Shown: positions 9,967 through 21,170, counted from the first letter of the stretch. The stretch is DNA of 64,000 nucleotides from Candidatus Brockarchaeota archaeon (GCA_017601145.1 JAFNIV010000006.1:479-64478); one strand, 5' to 3'. The notes: a model not told the origin generated them from the letters alone. A program made the numbers and translations.

Positions 9967-10937
9967 GGTTTAACTTCTGGAGGTTCAACATTAACTAGAG
10001 GCTTTAAGTATGCAATTGCTTGCTCAACCCCAGACTTCCTACTGAAGCACGGATCCTCATGTTCTACACTGAGAACATAGTTATAGCCAATTTCAAGTAG
10101 TGCTGTTATTACTTTTCTCCAAGGTACATCACCCCACCCAATCGTTCTGAATCTAACTGCTCTTGCTATTTGGTTCCAAGGGCCAGTTATTAGTACTCCC
10201 GTTCTTGAAGCACTATGTTTTACTACTTCAACATCTTTCGCATGGACATGATAAATTCTCTCGTTCAGTTCATAGATGAATTGAACTGGATCCATCTGCT
10301 GCCAAACTAGATGAGAAGGATCATAGTTAAACCCTAAAGCTTTATGATTGTCAGCAACTTTTAGTAGTGTTCTTGCAGTATCTAGGTTATAGTTTAACTC
10401 TTGTGGATGTGTTTCAAACGCGATTTTTATTCCATGATCCTTCGCATAGTCTAAGATTGGAAGCCACTTCTCTTTAAATAAGTCTAAGTAGCTTTCCCAA
10501 ACTTTTTGATTTCCTGGAGGATAACCGTACCACTTACCCCACTCTGGAACTCCAGTGAAAGAATTAACGACAGGAACTTCTAGAGCAGCAGCAGCTTCTA
10601 TTGTCTTCTTTAACCTTTCAATACCATATCTTGATTTTTCTTCTGGAGTACCCTTAAACCACTCGTCTGTTGAAGGATCATGAGGCCCTAGTATAAGCTG
10701 CCCTTCTAGATGATTACTTAATGCAGAAATTATAAGGTTATACTTCTCTATAACCCTTCTATACTCAGAAGCTCCACCATTTATGATTTTTTCTATGTCA
10801 ATGTGGTTGCTTCCTTTCCATGCCGAAATCTCAACTGCTTGATAGCCAATAGAAGAAACGTATTCGAGCGTTTTCTCCAATGGCTGGTCGTTGTATAATG
10901 CTAAGAATATGCCTACTTTCATTTCTTCTTTCACCAC
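9957..10937 (-). CDS. Sugar phosphate isomerase/epimerase (xylose isomerase-like TIM barrel)
   Basis: 326 aa. Alternating beta/alpha pattern with conserved E/H/D metal-ligand contexts (FETHPQE, HVHAKD, SVEHED). Confidence 0.75.
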   Translation of the reverse strand: MVKEEMKVGIFLALYNDQPLEKTLEYVSSIGYQAVEISAWKGSNHIDIEKIINGGASEYRRVIEKYNLIISALSNHLEGQLILGPHDPSTDEWFKGTPEEKSRYGIERLKKTIEAAAALEVPVVNSFTGVPEWGKWYGYPPGNQKVWESYLDLFKEKWLPILDYAKDHGIKIAFETHPQELNYNLDTARTLLKVADNHKALGFNYDPSHLVWQQMDPVQFIYELNERIYHVHAKDVEVVKHSASRTGVLITGPWNQIARAVRFRTIGWGDVPWRKVITALLEIGYNYVLSVEHEDPCFSRKSGVEQAIAYLKPLVNVEPPEVKPWW

Positions 10938-11169
10938 ATATTAGTAATGCTCTTGAAAATATAAGCTTTGCTCATTTTGAAGATGACTGAAAAATTTTAA
11001 TTAAGACAGATAACCAATAAACTTTAAATGTAAGATAAAGAAGAAGCCAAGTTACTTTCAGTAAGCTTTTAATCTTTTCATAGTTTCTGGCAAAACAAAG
11101 CTATACTATAGCCATTTGAGAATTTAATTAAGCATTTACCAAGATTCTATATTTTTACTTATCCATCAG

Positions 11170-12144
11170 TTAACTTAAGAATTTATTGGAACTCAAAGTT
11201 TGTTTAATAGTAGAAGCAGCAGTCTCTGGTTTAGTTGTTATTATTGTTGCTCCAAATCCAAGTTCATAACCAGCATATATATTAGTTCTTGGAATGACTT
11301 CCATATGCCAATGAAAATTACTAAAGCTAGAAGGAGCTATGTGAAAATAGTAATTGTAACTTACATTACCAAGAATCTTCTTCATAGTAAATATAAGCTT
11401 ACTAAAAACATTAAAAAGCTTAAGCATTTCTTCGCTATCTTTAGTGATATCTACAACTTTATTTCTTGAAGTAATCCAAAATTCAAATGGGGATATTGGA
11501 GCAAATGGAACAAATGCAATAAAATCATCTTCAAAGATAACTCTTTCCTGTACTCTTGCTTCATTTATTAGCAAGTTCATTGCCTCAGGTTTTTCTGAAA
11601 ATATCTTCATCTCTCTTTCTATATTTGGTGGTATGAGTTCGCTTCCTATTATTTGTGTGTGCGCGTGAGACACTGATGCTCCAGCTTCTTTCCCGTAATT
11701 TCGAAATATTGAAACATATTTTACTTTTTTATTTTCTTCTATTTTTCTTTTTATAGAGGTCAACGCTTCTATGTAGCTCTTTATTTCGTTTTCACCATAT
11801 TCGTCTATGTCCTTATTGTGGCTTCTAGTTTCTACTATAAGGTAGTGGTAACCATAAGGGTAATTTGGGCTATCTGATTGTGTATCAAATGCAGGATAAA
11901 GGTTCTCAAACACTCTTGAGTTCCACTCGCTGGAATACCAGATTTCTTCTCCAGTTTCTACCTCAATATTATTTTCTTTTATTTTAGTTATTAGTTCAGC
12001 TTTTGGAGTCATCTTCTCATTTCCTGGACAGAAAGGACAGAGAGTTTTTTGCTCTATCACTTCGCTAAAGTAATGGGGTCTTTTACCTCTAGCCTCTGAA
12101 ACTATACACATTCTTCCAGTAAACCAATCTTTTCTAATTTCCAA
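11170..12144 (-). CDS. galT: Galactose-1-phosphate uridylyltransferase (HIT superfamily)
   Basis: N-terminal CPFCPGNE zinc site and the HAHTQII (HxHxQ) active-site motif. 324 aa. Confidence 0.8.
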   Translation of the reverse strand: MEIRKDWFTGRMCIVSEARGKRPHYFSEVIEQKTLCPFCPGNEKMTPKAELITKIKENNIEVETGEEIWYSSEWNSRVFENLYPAFDTQSDSPNYPYGYHYLIVETRSHNKDIDEYGENEIKSYIEALTSIKRKIEENKKVKYVSIFRNYGKEAGASVSHAHTQIIGSELIPPNIEREMKIFSEKPEAMNLLINEARVQERVIFEDDFIAFVPFAPISPFEFWITSRNKVVDITKDSEEMLKLFNVFSKLIFTMKKILGNVSYNYYFHIAPSSFSNFHWHMEVIPRTNIYAGYELGFGATIITTKPETAASTIKQTLSSNKFLS

Positions 12145-12246
12145 TTTACTTTGCTTCCAGTAAAAATATGGGTTATTAAATTTTTTAGTGACAGTGAAAC
12201 TTCTTTTAGTAAAAGATTAAAAATTATTTAGAGAATATAGGAAGCC

Positions 12247-13182
12247 ATGAAATTAGTTAAAAGTTTAGGAGTATTTAGGAGGCCTATCTCAACTTACTCT
12301 ATCGTAGCAATAGACAAAAAAGAAGGCCTAATGGGAGTAGCCGTTCAGTCACATTGGTTTTCAGTTGGTTCAGTAGTACCCTGGGTAGAAGCTGGAGTTG
12401 GAGTAGTAGCAACACAATCTATAGCTGAAATAAGTTATGGAGTTCTAGGTTTGCTTTTGATGAAAAATGGAAAAACTCCAGAACAAACTCTTAAAGCACT
12501 AACTGCTGTAGATCCAAATTCTGAAGTTAGACAAGTTGCTATGTTAAGTGCTGATGGAAAGATAGCAACGTTCACTGGAAAAAATTGTATACCTGAAGCA
12601 GGACATATAACAGGAGAAAACTTTAGCGTACAAGCTAATTTAATGACGAGCAAAGAAGTTTGGCCAGCTATGGCTTCTGCATTCAGTAAAACAAATGGAA
12701 ACCTAGTAGAAAAGATGATCGCTTCCTTAGAAGCAGCAGAAACTGCAGGTGGAGATATAAGAGGAAGGCAATCTGCAGCAATTGTAGTAGTAAGAACGAA
12801 AGCAAGTAACGAACCATGGAAAGATAAAGTACTTGACTTAAGAGTAGAAGACCATCCAAATCCAGTCTTTGAATTAAAAAGACTTGTAAGAATTCATAAT
12901 GCATATGAGCATGCGAACAGAGGAGATGAATTTATGGCAGTTGGAAACATAAGTGGGGCTATGAGAGAATACGAATATGCAGCGAAGGAAGCACCTGAAA
13001 TAGATGAGCTTAAATTTTGGCAAGCAATAGCAATGCTAAACCATGGGATGGTTAGAGAAGCAAGAGACATACTAAAAGACATCTTTAAAAGAAATGAGGG
13101 CTGGAAAAAGGTGTTGAAGTCATTACCAAAAGTAGGATTTTTACTAACAGATGAAAAGACACTTAATTTAGTACTTGAATAA
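12247..13182 (+). CDS. DUF1028-family (Ntn-hydrolase fold) protein
   Basis: TYSIVAIDKKEGLMGVAVQSHWFSVGSVVPWVEAGVGVVATQS is the characteristic DUF1028 N-terminus. Confidence 0.7.
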   Translation: MKLVKSLGVFRRPISTYSIVAIDKKEGLMGVAVQSHWFSVGSVVPWVEAGVGVVATQSIAEISYGVLGLLLMKNGKTPEQTLKALTAVDPNSEVRQVAMLSADGKIATFTGKNCIPEAGHITGENFSVQANLMTSKEVWPAMASAFSKTNGNLVEKMIASLEAAETAGGDIRGRQSAAIVVVRTKASNEPWKDKVLDLRVEDHPNPVFELKRLVRIHNAYEHANRGDEFMAVGNISGAMREYEYAAKEAPEIDELKFWQAIAMLNHGMVREARDILKDIFKRNEGWKKVLKSLPKVGFLLTDEKTLNLVLE

Positions 13183-13342
13183 AAATTATATCACTACTTT
13201 ATAGAAAAAACTGTTTGTAGAAAAGAAGGACCAAGTTTAGAAACAATCAACTAAAACTTTTTAGTAATTAGTTTTAGGCATACTGAAGAATTTTAAAAAA
13301 ATTTAAAAACATTTGAAACATATTTAACTAGGGGAATAAAGG

Positions 13343-15520
13343 TTGGTAACGTTAGAAGAAATTGATGAAATAGTTTCTAAGATGACTTTGGAAGAAAAGG
13401 CGAGAATTGTTGTAGGAGTTGGTATACCTGGAATGTTTGGTAATCCTCGTTCTCGAGTTCCGGGAGCTGCAGGCGAGACTCATCCTATAGAAAGATTTGG
13501 AATACCTTCAACGGTCTTTGCGGATGGTCCTGCAGGTCTTAGAATAAATCCAAAAAGAGAAGGTGATGAAAAAACTTACCATGCAACAGCATTTCCTGTT
13601 GCAACTATGCTTGCATCAACATGGAATAGGGAGATACTAGAAGAAGTAGGAAGATGTATGGGAGAAGAAGTTAAAGAGTACGGAGTTGACATATTGCTTG
13701 CACCAGCAATGAACATTCATAGAAATCCTCTTTGTGGTAGAAATTTTGAGTACTACTCAGAAGACCCTTTTCTTACAGGTGAAATGGCTGCTGCTTTTGT
13801 AAAGGGGATTCAGTCAAAAGGAGTTGGTGCATGCCTAAAGCATTTTGCTGCCAACAACCAAGAAACAAATCGTACAAACATAGATACAATTGTTTCAGAA
13901 AGAGCACTAAAAGAAATATATCTTAAAGGTTTTGAAATAGCTATTAAAAAATCTAAACCATGGGCAATAATGAGTGCCTATAACAAGCTAAACGGGAAGT
14001 ATTGCTCACAAAACGAGTGGCTTCTAACAAAAGTCCTGAGGGAAGATTGGAGATTTGATGGTTTCGTTATGACAGATTGGTTTGCAGGAGATAATCCTGT
14101 AGAACAGATGAAAGCTGGAAACGATATGATAATGCCTGGAAAAGTACACCAAATTAATCGTAAGAGAAGGGACGAGATAGAGGAAATAATAACAGCTGTA
14201 AAAGAGGGAAAATTAGACGAAAAAATTCTTGACAGAAACGTGAAGAATATACTAAAAGTACTTGTTAATTCACCATCTTTTAATAAATATAATTATTCTA
14301 ACATACCAGATCTTAACATTCATGCAAAAGTTGCTTACGAAGCAGGAGCAGAAGGTGTCGTTCTCCTAAAGAACAATAAAGTGCTACCTATAAACAAAGA
14401 TACAAGAATTGCATTGTTTGGAACAGGCCAAATAGAAACTATTAAAGGTGGAACAGGAAGCGGCGACACACACCCAAGATATGTAGTTTCCATACTGGAA
14501 GGTATGAAAGAGAGAAATTTAAAGGTCGATGAAGAGCTAGCAAGTACTTATAGTAAGTATGTAAGTGAAATGAGAAAAAAGGAGTACAAAGAAAAGAAAG
14601 AAATGTTTGGCGAATCTAATTTAACTAGTAGACTTCCACAGGATTTCCTAAACGAAGATGAGATAGAAAAAATTGCAAAAAGAAATGACCTCGCAGTGGT
14701 TGTGATAAGCAGAATCTCGGGAGAAGGTTATGATAGAGAGCCAAAGAAAGGCGATTTTTATTTAAGTGATGATGAATCAAGTCTATTAAAAAAAGTATCA
14801 CAAATATTTCATAAGTATGAAAGAAAAGTTGTAGTCATATTAAATATAGGTTCGCCTATAGAAGTAACTAGCTGGAGAGACTTAGTAGACAGTATACTTC
14901 TAGCATGGCAAGCAGGACAAGAAACAGGAAGAATAGTTGCTGATGTTATTGTTGGAAAGATTAATCCATCAGGAAAGCTTCCAACAACATTTCCAAGAGA
15001 TTATTCTGAAATTCCATCCTGGAATTTCCCTGGAGAGCCAAAAGATAACCCACAAAAGGTTACGTATGATGAAGGAATATACGTAGGCTATAGGTATTAT
15101 GACACTTTTGGAGTAGAACCGGCTTATGAGTTTGGTTTTGGCCTATCTTATACAACTTTTGAATATAAAAACTTAGAAGTAAAGTTAGTGAATGAAAAAG
15201 TAAAAATTTCACTTGAAGTTTTAAACACTGGAGAATTTCCTGGAAAAGAAGTCGTTCAGGTTTACATTAGGGCACCAAAAGCAAAAATTGATAAGCCATT
15301 TCAAGAATTGAAAGAATTTTATAAGACTAGGCTCTTAAACCCAAACGAGAAAGAGAAAGTAGAAATTGAGATCGATCTAAAAGCGCTCGCAAGTTATAAT
15401 GGAGAAGTGTGGCTCGTTGAAAAAGGTGAATACGAAGTAAGAGTAGGATCTTCTTCAAGAGACATCAGGCTTATAAACAGATTTATTGTTGATGACGAAA
15501 AATGGAGATATACTTCTTAA
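13343..15520 (+). CDS. Glycoside hydrolase family 3 beta-glucosidase
   Basis: 725 aa. Motifs MTLEEK, KHFAANNQE and GFVMTDW (nucleophile Asp context), plus a C-terminal fibronectin-like domain. TTG start. Confidence 0.9.
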   Translation: MVTLEEIDEIVSKMTLEEKARIVVGVGIPGMFGNPRSRVPGAAGETHPIERFGIPSTVFADGPAGLRINPKREGDEKTYHATAFPVATMLASTWNREILEEVGRCMGEEVKEYGVDILLAPAMNIHRNPLCGRNFEYYSEDPFLTGEMAAAFVKGIQSKGVGACLKHFAANNQETNRTNIDTIVSERALKEIYLKGFEIAIKKSKPWAIMSAYNKLNGKYCSQNEWLLTKVLREDWRFDGFVMTDWFAGDNPVEQMKAGNDMIMPGKVHQINRKRRDEIEEIITAVKEGKLDEKILDRNVKNILKVLVNSPSFNKYNYSNIPDLNIHAKVAYEAGAEGVVLLKNNKVLPINKDTRIALFGTGQIETIKGGTGSGDTHPRYVVSILEGMKERNLKVDEELASTYSKYVSEMRKKEYKEKKEMFGESNLTSRLPQDFLNEDEIEKIAKRNDLAVVVISRISGEGYDREPKKGDFYLSDDESSLLKKVSQIFHKYERKVVVILNIGSPIEVTSWRDLVDSILLAWQAGQETGRIVADVIVGKINPSGKLPTTFPRDYSEIPSWNFPGEPKDNPQKVTYDEGIYVGYRYYDTFGVEPAYEFGFGLSYTTFEYKNLEVKLVNEKVKISLEVLNTGEFPGKEVVQVYIRAPKAKIDKPFQELKEFYKTRLLNPNEKEKVEIEIDLKALASYNGEVWLVEKGEYEVRVGSSSRDIRLINRFIVDDEKWRYTS

Positions 15521-15915
15521 ATTTTAAAAATGAAACTATAATTAGAAGACAGAATAAAAAGAACCTTTTTTTAACTTTATTTACTTTTTAAGTTCTAGTA
15601 ATGTCTTTTAGCTTTTAAGATTAACAAGAAAACATGTAATAGACTATTATTCCATAGTAATGAATGTAGAACGATGCCTAAGTAATTGCATCAACATTCT
15701 AATTGAAAGAAATGAAATAAACTTGCCAGCTACATTTGCTGTAAGTATATAGCTTGATTTTGGATACGTTTTGAAGTAGTTCAACTTTGTTTAAGAATTG
15801 TTTAATCAAAGACAAAAGAGAATTTTCCATGGAATACTTAATTCTTCTTTATTATCCTGAAACTATGAGCAAAGAAATTTGAAACTATATAAACATTTAA
15901 AAATTTTCAAGTTAG

Positions 15916-17508
15916 CTAATATGTTTCCAGTACAACACCTATACCTTTTGTTCTTCCTTCTCTAAACAAGAAAACTTCATTTTCTTCAACATGCTCCGGT
16001 CTTTGAATAAATTGAAAAGTTACTATATCAGAATCTCCTGTTCTTAAAGCATCTTTAGTCATACTGATAATTCTTGCAGTTTGTCTTATAGTGTGAAGAT
16101 GAATAACAGGCGAATAACCAACCTTTATCGTTGTTGGATGATGTAACACCTTTATATCAGCTTTAAACTTAGTTACAGATATCAACTTAGCATTTGTTCC
16201 AAGTAAGACCATGCCTTTTCTAACTTCATCATAATCAACTTCTGGAATTGCAAATGTTGCACTTTGTCCTGCAAGTACTCTGTTCACGAACACCCTATTG
16301 ATTTGAATGCTTTTGATTTTCACTTTTCTATACATTTTCCTCTCGCCTATAAATGGACCTACAAAGACATCTTCCCCTGTCGATATCGTTCCTTCTTCTA
16401 CTAGTCCACTTACTACAGTTCCAACTCCAGAAACATTGAATAGCTCATCTATATAGCACTTAAATGGTTTAGTTACTTTTTCATACCACCTTAGCCTTGG
16501 AGGCAAGAGATTCAAGAATGACTTTAAGTTTTCTAATCCGAATCCATTTACATTTGATACTAAAAATATTGGAACTATTCTACCACTTTTCATGTTTCTT
16601 GCGGCAAGAACCGTATCGTCCTTTGATTTAATTACAAATGGAATTTGGTTTATACCTGGTAACTTAAGAACATGGAAGATATCATTTAGAGTTTGCTTTA
16701 GTCTGTCCTTTGGCGCTATATCTGTTTTTGTAACTACGATGAAAGCAGGAATTCTTAACGCTAGAGAGATTCCAAGATGCTCCTTGAATGTACCAACAAT
16801 ACCAGAGTTCGCCGCGACAACTAGCATAGCATAATCAGGTAGGTTTCCAGTTATCCCCCTTAACGTTGTTTTTAAGTACCGTTCATGTCCAGCTAAGTCT
16901 ATTAGGTTAACTATCTTTGAAGACCTTAGATAAATCTCACTTTCATTGTAATTAGGTAGTGTAGAGTTAATAGTTACGTTTTCCATATTGAATCCAAGAA
17001 TATGAGCTGAAACTGATGATGTTCTCCTCATCTTTATTTCATGTATATATCTTGCTACTTTACTCATTGCTAACCCATTTCCATCATCTAATGTGTTGTA
17101 AACTAAGACTCCTTTAATAGTTGACTTTCCAGCATCAGCATTTCCAATTAACACAACTGAAGTTGTTACTGGAGGCGAGTCTATTGTTCTTCTAATCAAT
17201 AGTTCATAAACTTTTCCTTTTTTTCCTTCAGTTTCTCTAACCACTATGAAAGAAGCATTAACCCTCTTGCAAATTTTTTCAAAGTTAGTAAGTGTAATTT
17301 TTGCCTCTTCTTCACTCAGTCCGATGAGTTCCCCTTCATTTGAAACACCAAGTTCATAAAAGGCTTCACCACCTCCTTCATTTAACCTATAATTTAACTG
17401 AGTAGCAAGTTCTTCTAGCCTTTCAGAATCATTAATAACAACCTTTAGTTTATATTCTATGTTACCATTCTCTATTTCTTTTGGAAGCTCATAGTTTTCG
17501 TTATGCAT
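15916..17508 (-). CDS. GTPBP1-like / EF-1alpha-related translational-type GTPase
   Basis: G1 GNADAGKST, G3 DLAGHERY, G4 VTKTD, followed by beta-barrel domains II and III. 530 aa. Confidence 0.8.
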   Translation of the reverse strand: MHNENYELPKEIENGNIEYKLKVVINDSERLEELATQLNYRLNEGGGEAFYELGVSNEGELIGLSEEEAKITLTNFEKICKRVNASFIVVRETEGKKGKVYELLIRRTIDSPPVTTSVVLIGNADAGKSTIKGVLVYNTLDDGNGLAMSKVARYIHEIKMRRTSSVSAHILGFNMENVTINSTLPNYNESEIYLRSSKIVNLIDLAGHERYLKTTLRGITGNLPDYAMLVVAANSGIVGTFKEHLGISLALRIPAFIVVTKTDIAPKDRLKQTLNDIFHVLKLPGINQIPFVIKSKDDTVLAARNMKSGRIVPIFLVSNVNGFGLENLKSFLNLLPPRLRWYEKVTKPFKCYIDELFNVSGVGTVVSGLVEEGTISTGEDVFVGPFIGERKMYRKVKIKSIQINRVFVNRVLAGQSATFAIPEVDYDEVRKGMVLLGTNAKLISVTKFKADIKVLHHPTTIKVGYSPVIHLHTIRQTARIISMTKDALRTGDSDIVTFQFIQRPEHVEENEVFLFREGRTKGIGVVLETY

Positions 17509-17620
17509 TCTTAACCTTTTATAGAAAAAAGAGTTTAAGGTATACTATTAAGTTTTTGTTTTAAAAAATAAGATTAACATAAGATTTTAGTAGAACTAAT
17601 TACGTCTCTATTTTTCTGTT

Positions 17621-18376
17621 ATGAAAATAAAAGTTTGTACCTGGAATTTGCATGCAGGCTTAGATTCTGATTTTAAGCCAAAATTTCAAGAAAGTATAGC
17701 TCTAATGAAGACCATTAAGCCAGACTTAATTGGATTGCAAGAGTGTACTAAAGGGAAGCACAGTTGGAGCCAAGACTTTGGTTTTATGGGAGAAATACTT
17801 TCAGAAGAGCTCAACATGGACTTTTTTTGGAGCCCAACTATTTCTGATACCTTCGGAAACTTAGTACTAGTTCGTAAAGATATCAAAATAGAAAAAGTAA
17901 AAGACGTTCAACTTCCTTGGAAGCCGATTAGAAGTATTTCCCATGCAATTAAGAGAGTTCTTAGTCTTAAGGTTCCTTTAAATGAAAAGAGACATGCAAT
18001 TCTTATGTATCTAAATTTAAATGGATTTAGGTTTAAGTTTATAAATACACACCTAGGACTAAGTAAGGATGAAAGAATTAAACAAATTAAAAAGCTTATA
18101 GAAATTTGTCTTTGGGATAGTTTACCAACTTTGTTAGTTGGAGATTTCAATGAACCGATTTCAGGTGAAGCAGTAAAAATGTTGTTAAACAATTTAAATG
18201 AAGTAAGCAATGTTTATACTGAACATAACTTGTATACCTTTCCATCTAATCATCCTACAACAAAAATTGATCATATATTCTTCTCAGGTTACTTTAAATT
18301 AGTAAACTTAGAAATTATTTCCAGCAGCTCTTCTGATCATCTTCCACTAGTAGCAACCTTCGAGGTTACAACGTAG
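17621..18376 (+). CDS. Endonuclease/exonuclease/phosphatase (EEP) family protein
   Basis: WNLH, GLQE, VGDFN and SDHLPL motifs. Confidence 0.8.
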   Translation: MKIKVCTWNLHAGLDSDFKPKFQESIALMKTIKPDLIGLQECTKGKHSWSQDFGFMGEILSEELNMDFFWSPTISDTFGNLVLVRKDIKIEKVKDVQLPWKPIRSISHAIKRVLSLKVPLNEKRHAILMYLNLNGFRFKFINTHLGLSKDERIKQIKKLIEICLWDSLPTLLVGDFNEPISGEAVKMLLNNLNEVSNVYTEHNLYTFPSNHPTTKIDHIFFSGYFKLVNLEIISSSSSDHLPLVATFEVTT

Positions 18377-18380
18377 AAGT

Positions 18381-19064
18381 TTACAAGTTTAGAACTTCTA
18401 TAAGCTCTGATAAACTCTTTATCATAAGAGCATCTTTGCCACTGTGTTTTCCTAGTCTATCTAACAATATAGCTTTAAGTCCTGCATTTTTTGCTCCAAT
18501 GTAATCAGATTCATAGTTATCACCAACATGTAAAATTCTATGCGCTTTAACTCCTAGAATCCTTGAAGCCAATAAGAAAATTTCCTTGTTTGGCTTCTCA
18601 ATTCCAACTGTTCCAGAAGCAACTAAGTGACTGAAGTATTTTTGCAAGCCACATCTTGAAAGATAGATTTTTAGGTTCTTTTCTGAAGAAACATTAGAGA
18701 TTACTATTAGCTTGTATTTGTTCTTTGTTAGTTCATCCAAAGTTTCAACAACATCATCGTATACTTTGAAGTTAACATTTTCTGACCAAAGGTTTATTAC
18801 TTTTATAGCTAGTTCTTCGTCGCTTATTCCAATGAAACTTAGCATATCTTTTACAAGTTCAAGCATACGTTCTTCATTCCAAATTTCACCTTTTTGCTGC
18901 TTGGCTATCCAAATTGTTCTAGCTTTATCAAATGCAGATTTTAGAAGATTCAAACTAAAATGAAAACCAAAACTTGTAAGAATCTTGTAGTATACTTTGT
19001 AATCTTCTTCCGTTTCGAAAGCTAAAGTACCACCAAAGTCAAACGAAATTACGTTTACTTCCAT
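18381..19064 (-). CDS. HAD-superfamily hydrolase
   Basis: ISFDFGGTL (motif I), ISNVS (motif II) and HVGDNYESDYIGAKNAG (motifs III/IV). Confidence 0.8.
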   Translation of the reverse strand: MEVNVISFDFGGTLAFETEEDYKVYYKILTSFGFHFSLNLLKSAFDKARTIWIAKQQKGEIWNEERMLELVKDMLSFIGISDEELAIKVINLWSENVNFKVYDDVVETLDELTKNKYKLIVISNVSSEKNLKIYLSRCGLQKYFSHLVASGTVGIEKPNKEIFLLASRILGVKAHRILHVGDNYESDYIGAKNAGLKAILLDRLGKHSGKDALMIKSLSELIEVLNL

Positions 19065-19317
19065 TTGTAGTTACAAACTGAGAAAAGTAGTTTTTAAGTT
19101 TTGTTTTTAAGTTTGAAAGGTATCTTCAACCATTAACAAGATAATTCAAAAAACATTCTAAAATTTACTTATAAAAAAATAATTTTGTCCAGAATGTTAC
19201 GTAACTCAATAAAGCAAGTTAAACGAAAAACTTTCAACCTACCTTTGGACTTATTTTTGATATTCTAAATGGTTTATACAACTTACTTTAGTTTTAGTTG
19301 CTGTAACATACACGTCT

Positions 19318-19839
19318 TCAGGAAGAAGCATTAAGATCTTCTTCTTTTTTTAATTGATGAACTTTTGAGTTTAGCTTTTTTGCTCTTTGATACTCCAAGC
19401 TATGCCTTTCAAGTTCTTCTAAGACTTCTTTGTTTGAGTTCGCAAACTTGTTTAGTATGCTTAAGTATCTTGCCAGCCGTACAACATTAGGATCTATTTT
19501 TACTAAGTCTTTCCCATCAACCAAGACATAGTGTTCTCGATTTATTTTTTCACCAAGTATATACTCAGCTTCGTTTATTGCAGCATGAAGCAGAAAACAA
19601 TGTGGACTTCCATCTATTGTTACTACAGTTATACTCTTTGGAGAAGAGCTACGGATCATTGAAGCTATTTTTCCATAGCTTGTTACAGTCTCATTCTCTG
19701 GGCAATAAGTTAAAACCGTTTTTCCTTTCTTTAAATCTTTCCACAATTTAGGATTTATGTATTTAAGACATTCACTCGCAATAAGAAGATGATTTTCCTT
19801 TAAACGCGGAGTTTTTACCCAAGTTTCCATAAGTTTCAT
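19318..19839 (-). CDS. Hypothetical protein translationally coupled to thiC
   Basis: 173 aa. Its start codon overlaps the thiC stop (TAATG, sharing 1 nt at 19839). No motif recognised. Three Cys residues. Confidence 0.55.
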   Translation of the reverse strand: MKLMETWVKTPRLKENHLLIASECLKYINPKLWKDLKKGKTVLTYCPENETVTSYGKIASMIRSSSPKSITVVTIDGSPHCFLLHAAINEAEYILGEKINREHYVLVDGKDLVKIDPNVVRLARYLSILNKFANSNKEVLEELERHSLEYQRAKKLNSKVHQLKKEEDLNASS

Positions 19840-21128
19840 TAGCTACCACCTTCTAGATACTTTTCAAGGATTAAGTATACGCATAATGAACCACACATTG
19901 TACAAGATGTTACAGAAGAGGCTCCAAATTGCTCATGTATTGCTCTTGCATGCTTATTATCATAGGAAAGATTAAACATTTCTTGCCAGTTTAACTTTGC
20001 CCTCGCTCTAGACATTTTTATGTCCTTCCCTTTAGCCTTTTCACCCAACTTAACGATATCCCCAGCATGTGCTGCAATTTTTGCTGCTATGAGTCCTTCT
20101 TTTACTTGTTCTACGTTTGGTAAAGAAAGGTGTTCTGCTGGGGTTAAGTAACATATTAAGTCCGCACCTTCAGCACTAGCTATAGCCGCTCCAATTGCAG
20201 AAGCAATATGATCATAACCAGCTGCTACATCTGTAACTAAAGGACCTAAAACATAGTATGGAGCACCGCCACTTAGAATTTTTTCAAGCTTTATGTCAGG
20301 TGCAATTTTATCTAATGGCATGTGGCCAGGACCTTCTATCATAACTTGTATTCCTTTTTGCCATGCCCTCTTGGTTAATTTTGAATTGTTTACGAGTTCA
20401 GCTACCTGAAGCTCATCATGAGCATCAGCTATACTTCCGGGTCTCAACGCATCTCCTAAGCTTAAAGTAGCATCATACTTCTCAGCAAGTTCAAGCAAGT
20501 AATCAAAGTTAGAGTAAAGAGGATTCTCTTTGATGTTGTGTAACATCCACGCAGCTAGTATTGCGCCTCCTCTACTTACAACACCTGTAAGCCTTGAACT
20601 ATTTTTTAGTTTACTTACAAGTTCTTTCGTTATACCAGTATGAACAGTAATGAAATCAACGCCATCCTTTAAGTGTTTTTCTATTGTATCAAAGATTTCA
20701 TCCTCAGTCATATAAACTACAGCACCTTTTTTCTTAGCTGTTTCAAGACTGGCTTGGTAGATTGGAACAGTTCCAAAAGGGACATTTGTGATCTTCAAAA
20801 ACTTTCTTCTAATTTCATCAAGATCACCTCCAGTACTTAGGTCCATTAAAGTATCAGCTCCGTACTCAATTGCGACCTTGACTTTTTCTAGCTCTAAATC
20901 TAAGTTAACATAAGTTGTAGAAGTACCAATGTTAACGTTAACTTTTGTAGTAAGACCTTCTCCTATGCCAACTGGCTTTAGCTCTCGATCAATGTTACGA
21001 GGAATAACCACTGTACCACGAGCTATTCTTTGCCTTAAAATTTCAACTTCTATACCTTCTTCTTTGGCTACTGCTTCCATTTCCTTTGTAAAAGAGCCTC
21101 TTTGAGCCACTTTCATTACAGTAGACAT
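19839..21128 (-). CDS. thiC: Phosphomethylpyrimidine synthase ThiC
   Basis: 429 aa. Conserved ThiC blocks ([22 protein letters not shown]) and the C-terminal CTMCGSLC Fe-S motif. Confidence 0.95.
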   Translation of the reverse strand: MSTVMKVAQRGSFTKEMEAVAKEEGIEVEILRQRIARGTVVIPRNIDRELKPVGIGEGLTTKVNVNIGTSTTYVNLDLELEKVKVAIEYGADTLMDLSTGGDLDEIRRKFLKITNVPFGTVPIYQASLETAKKKGAVVYMTEDEIFDTIEKHLKDGVDFITVHTGITKELVSKLKNSSRLTGVVSRGGAILAAWMLHNIKENPLYSNFDYLLELAEKYDATLSLGDALRPGSIADAHDELQVAELVNNSKLTKRAWQKGIQVMIEGPGHMPLDKIAPDIKLEKILSGGAPYYVLGPLVTDVAAGYDHIASAIGAAIASAEGADLICYLTPAEHLSLPNVEQVKEGLIAAKIAAHAGDIVKLGEKAKGKDIKMSRARAKLNWQEMFNLSYDNKHARAIHEQFGASSVTSCTMCGSLCVYLILEKYLEGGS

Positions 21129-21146
21129 TTTATCTCAACGCCTGTA

Positions 21147-21170
21147 GCAACATGTTTATAAACATGTTGC
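21147..21170. promoter_or_regulatory. Perfect 24-bp palindrome GCAACATGTTTA|TAAACATGTTGC with a central TTTATAAA TATA-like core. Candidate shared divergent promoter and ThiR operator.
   Basis: Read directly from the sequence. The centre (21158/21159) is 30.5 nt from both the thiC start (21128) and the thiDN start (21189). Confidence 0.6.
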
